This document shows, one piece after another, positions 60,751 to 64,000 of a stretch of DNA of 64,000 nucleotides. This DNA is from Lepidodermella squamata (lineage: Eukaryota; Animalia; Gastrotricha). The DNA lies in NCBI GenBank assembly GCA_047495785.1, contig JBLDXI010000054.1, positions 434,001-498,000 of the forward strand, written 5' to 3'. A program made the position numbers and the translations under genes. A model generated the notes under the pieces. It was not told where the DNA came from. It saw nothing but the letters and a program-made list of their open reading frames with translations, and searched no databases. Each line of letters starts with the position of its first letter. Within the stretch, counting starts at the first letter, position 1.

Positions 60751-61789
60751 TGCGGTAGATGAGCTTCAGTAATATTCGCAATAATCATCGGAATTTTCGT
60801 TTTCATGCGAATAAAAACCGACGCTATTCGGAACTATCGCGACTTACTGTTTACTTAACGCTGCTAAAAATGGATCGAACGCATTTTTTGCATTTTCGAT
60901 ACGCAGTGGGAGTCATTATCGACACGCCGGTAATTATTTTTTCTGAGAAAAAAGCAGCAGAAGATAACAGAATAATCTTGAAGTAACAAAACAGGAGCAC
61001 GTGCTATCGGCTGGTCGGAGGCGCTTCGAAGTGCAAAACCTCGTCCCTGAATCTAGGGATGAAAGATGTCAAACCTTTCATATTCCCGTTTGGCCGAAAT
61101 TCAATGTTATAAGCGAATATTCCCTCTTTTTGAATTGTTACTCGGTTGTAAGTGTGGAGCTGTTTTCCGGTCCTCAGACGTCAGGCGGAGAAACCAAATG
61201 TCCCCGTTTTTCAGCCTTCTTGTGGATTGTATCTCGAAGCTGGGGTCTCGCGACTCCCGAGAACCTCTGTACTTCGCAACCTGTCGGTAGTTTCGGCAAA
61301 ATCTCCGTTATCAACGACATACCGACGTTTCAAGCTCGGCTGAAAGCTGAGGATAAACAAACAACGAGAATTTCAACGTTCAAACCATAGCATATCACAG
61401 AAAGAAAGGTGCCAGTTAGAATATCCGATCCAATTAAACAAATATTCGACGCTTCTGTGTTTATTTATCGTTTAAGTCTAATAGCAATTATAGTGCAGGT
61501 GCAAAAAAGCAAAACACTGGGTAAAGAATGAGGCAGGGGAAACCCTAAAACCCCCTAGAAACAAGTCAAATACTTTTTCTACTGGAGATAAATAATTCGG
61601 TCATGAAAGGGTTCGCTATTTTTCCTACATCTCTTGCGTGTCTTCGGTAGTCACTTTCACGATTCAACACAAGAAAAAATATGGTCCGAATTCTGGGGAT
61701 GCATAATTGATTATTGGCAACAGCAGCAGCACACCTGCTACAGTAGCGCCGTGGGAACCCATTGTACACCTTTCCGTGAATTTCTTTTT

Positions 61790-61926
61790 CATTGTGCAAA
61801 GTAGGATCCGGGAGCTGAGGTGTTTTCTAGCACCCTGCCGAAGAAACCATTTTTTTCAGCCCTCATCTGGCTAAAGTCCCGGAGCTGGCGTGTCGAAACC
61901 CCAGCACCCCCGTTCTTCGCACCCTG
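61790..61926. mobile_element. hAT-type MITE (family of 6452-6617)
   Basis: CATTGTGCAAAGTAGGA...TTCTTCGCACCCTG. Confidence 0.7.
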
Positions 61927-62246
61927 CCTAGTTTAACATTAAGTAGAAGTGACACTGAAAAAAACGAGTTATCGATACTATGTGGAAGAGACCACATGTT
62001 ACGTTTTATATATCAGTTAGTTCTGAGACAGCTATGACGCCGTCGCCGAGGGAAGAAGCGTCCGAATTTGGCTCGGTCACGGGTCAAAAAAATGCGGCTT
62101 TCCTCGACCTACTTTACGCGGGGAAGTAAGCCCTAAAAGTGCATCATTTCAAACCAACAGCGGCAACGTTGTTCAGGTATATATCTGGTAGCATTGCACC
62201 TCCTTCGTGAATCTTCATGGTGATTTTCTCCACACCATCGCGTCAA

Positions 62247-63687
62247 TCAGCTAGCTATTTTTGCGACGATAAAAATGACAAAGAATATATCGATTGCAGC
62301 TAGAGCACCGAAGAAGAGCATGTCCACGAGCCGACTTTTGTTGGTTCGGAACACACAAACGGATATTTTTCTCGAATACGACTCTTGCGACCCACTCCAA
62401 GCGCACGTAACTGCAGCGTAGCATGTAATAGTCATCGATGAAATGATGAGGCCGAAAATCAGATCAGACAACAAAATATTATCCGGTGTTTTGGGAACGC
62501 TTGCTAAAACCTGGCTCTGAGCCACGGTGAAAGCAAGGAGGACAGTAACAGCAAAACTAGCTCGATCAGGGCTATCAGGTGGTAGGAAAGCCCCAGCAAA
62601 TTGAACAATAGTCAGCACGAAACATGGCGCGACGATGTTTAGAACATAATAATCTGGCACTCGGATTAGCTCGAAGTGGAAAAATATGTCGTGGTAGTGT
62701 ATCTTCATGAAAGGCGCAACGGTAGAATATTCACGAGTGTCACCGACTTTCCAGCCGACATTTACTGAGGCGAATTTGCTTTTTTCGATGTCGCTACTCA
62801 AGCGTTGAAGTGCTACGGTTGAATTAGACAGCCAGACTTCGATGTTGATATAACAGGATTGTTTATCGATGGGAAATTTCTCGAAGACCATGTCACACAT
62901 GACTGTGAACATGCCGCTGAAGGTCAACTGAACCACGCCTTCGAATGGAAATACATTGAGGATGGGATATACATTCTCCAGAAGTCCGTAGTCATTTGCA
63001 CTATGGAGAAAAAGTAGTCTCAAAATTAGGTACTTAGTGGAACCAACGAATCGACAAAACCGCTATTGGCTGGACTAAAACTTGTAGAGGCACGCGATTG
63101 GTTAGATATTCCAGCATCTTAGCGTGTTATTTCTTGACCTGAATTTCCCGGGTTCGACTCGTGGTGACCGAGCAGCGTTTTTCTGATACTTTTTTTTGCT
63201 TTTCAAGAAATAACATGCCAAGATGCTGGAAAATCTAACCAATCGCGTGCTTCAACAAATTTTAGTCCACCCAATAGCGATTTTGTGGATTCGTTGGTTC
63301 CACTAAGTATGAGTAGCAAAGTCGTTACCTGTTCTCATTCACGAATCCCGGTCGCCAATAATCGTTTGTATTAGTGATTGCCCAATAATCAGGTATATCT
63401 CTGGTAGCGTTGTACCTCAGAGTAGCAGTTTTCACGCATTCAGAATGAATTCTCAGGTAAACTAGGCCGTTAATGGTGACTGTCTCTTGAAGATCGTCAA
63501 CGCCGATTAGGTGGCTGTACTGAAACCCGACTTCGATCGGCTGGGGGCCAGCTAATTTGTTATACTCGTTGGGATAAGTAGCGCCTGGTACAAAGTTACA
63601 CTCGGTGAGAACCAGGACACGAATATCATCGTCTCGGCTGATACTCGAGACCTCTGAAATGAAGAGCATCAAAATAAAGTATAACAT
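62247..63687 (-). CDS. Cys-loop channel subunit B4
   Basis: Intron at 63001-63328 (51 bp + 275-bp MITE + TA); intact frame. Confidence 0.9.
63033..63307. mobile_element. Intronic MITE with ~105-bp TIRs (TA TSD)
   Basis: TA|CTTAGTGGAACCAACGAATC...GATTCGTTGGTTCCACTAAG|TA. The length arithmetic matches the 51-bp paralog introns. Confidence 0.9.
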
Positions 63688-64000
63688 TGCGGTGGATGAG
63701 CTTCAGCAATATTCGCAATGCACATGGGCTCATGCGAACAATCACCGACGCTATTCAGAATTATATTACCGGAAATCAGTCATTTCGAATGCAAACAGAG
63801 TTTTAATGCTACAACATCGATTGCTCGTCATCACACGGGGAAATTGGACAATCGAAATTCTAGTAAATTCACTCATCGCGATAAACAATGTTAGTTGTAT
63901 AATTTCATATGTAATAGCATTTGTTCAGGATATTACCGTACACTGATTTGCTGCCTTTTTAGAGCTGTATCTGTGGTGAATCATAATCCCTAATATAAAC

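Noticed and set aside
63145-63175. tRNA T-arm-like GGTTCGACTC inside the intronic MITE
   Set aside because: An isolated B-box with no A-box or cloverleaf.

Overview
This is a compact, TE-rich invertebrate animal genome segment with introns mostly 45-80 bp; the taxon cannot be determined from the sequence. (1) About 3.7-32.5 kb holds a tandem array of about 9 copies plus fragments of a homeobox gene. Its intact product (~425 aa, 7 exons) is essentially seven homeodomains (HD1-HD7) back to back. Phase-0 introns recur at HD codon 18/19, a GC-AG intron is conserved at codon 44/45 of HD7, Asn51 is mostly lost, and recognition-helix positions 50-52 are hypervariable. Copies include intact 7-HD genes, an in-frame 5-HD deletion variant, a chimeric 8-HD form, and several copies disrupted by transposons. 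(2) About 34-64 kb holds an array of 7 intact divergent Cys-loop (nAChR-like) channel subunits in two subfamilies, with gene-conversion tracts and a promoter swap. (3) Also present are two class C (GABA-B-like) GPCR loci (one intact, one pseudogene), two secreted 8-Cys peptide genes and a P-loop STAND NTPase-ankyrin gene. (4) Mobile elements include many LINE pieces, MITEs with TA, 4-bp, 8-bp and 9-bp TSDs, a tRNA-derived SINE, and hAT and Gypsy/Ginger-type integrase relics. Gene models were assembled by hand from splice signals and paralog comparison and have no transcript support.
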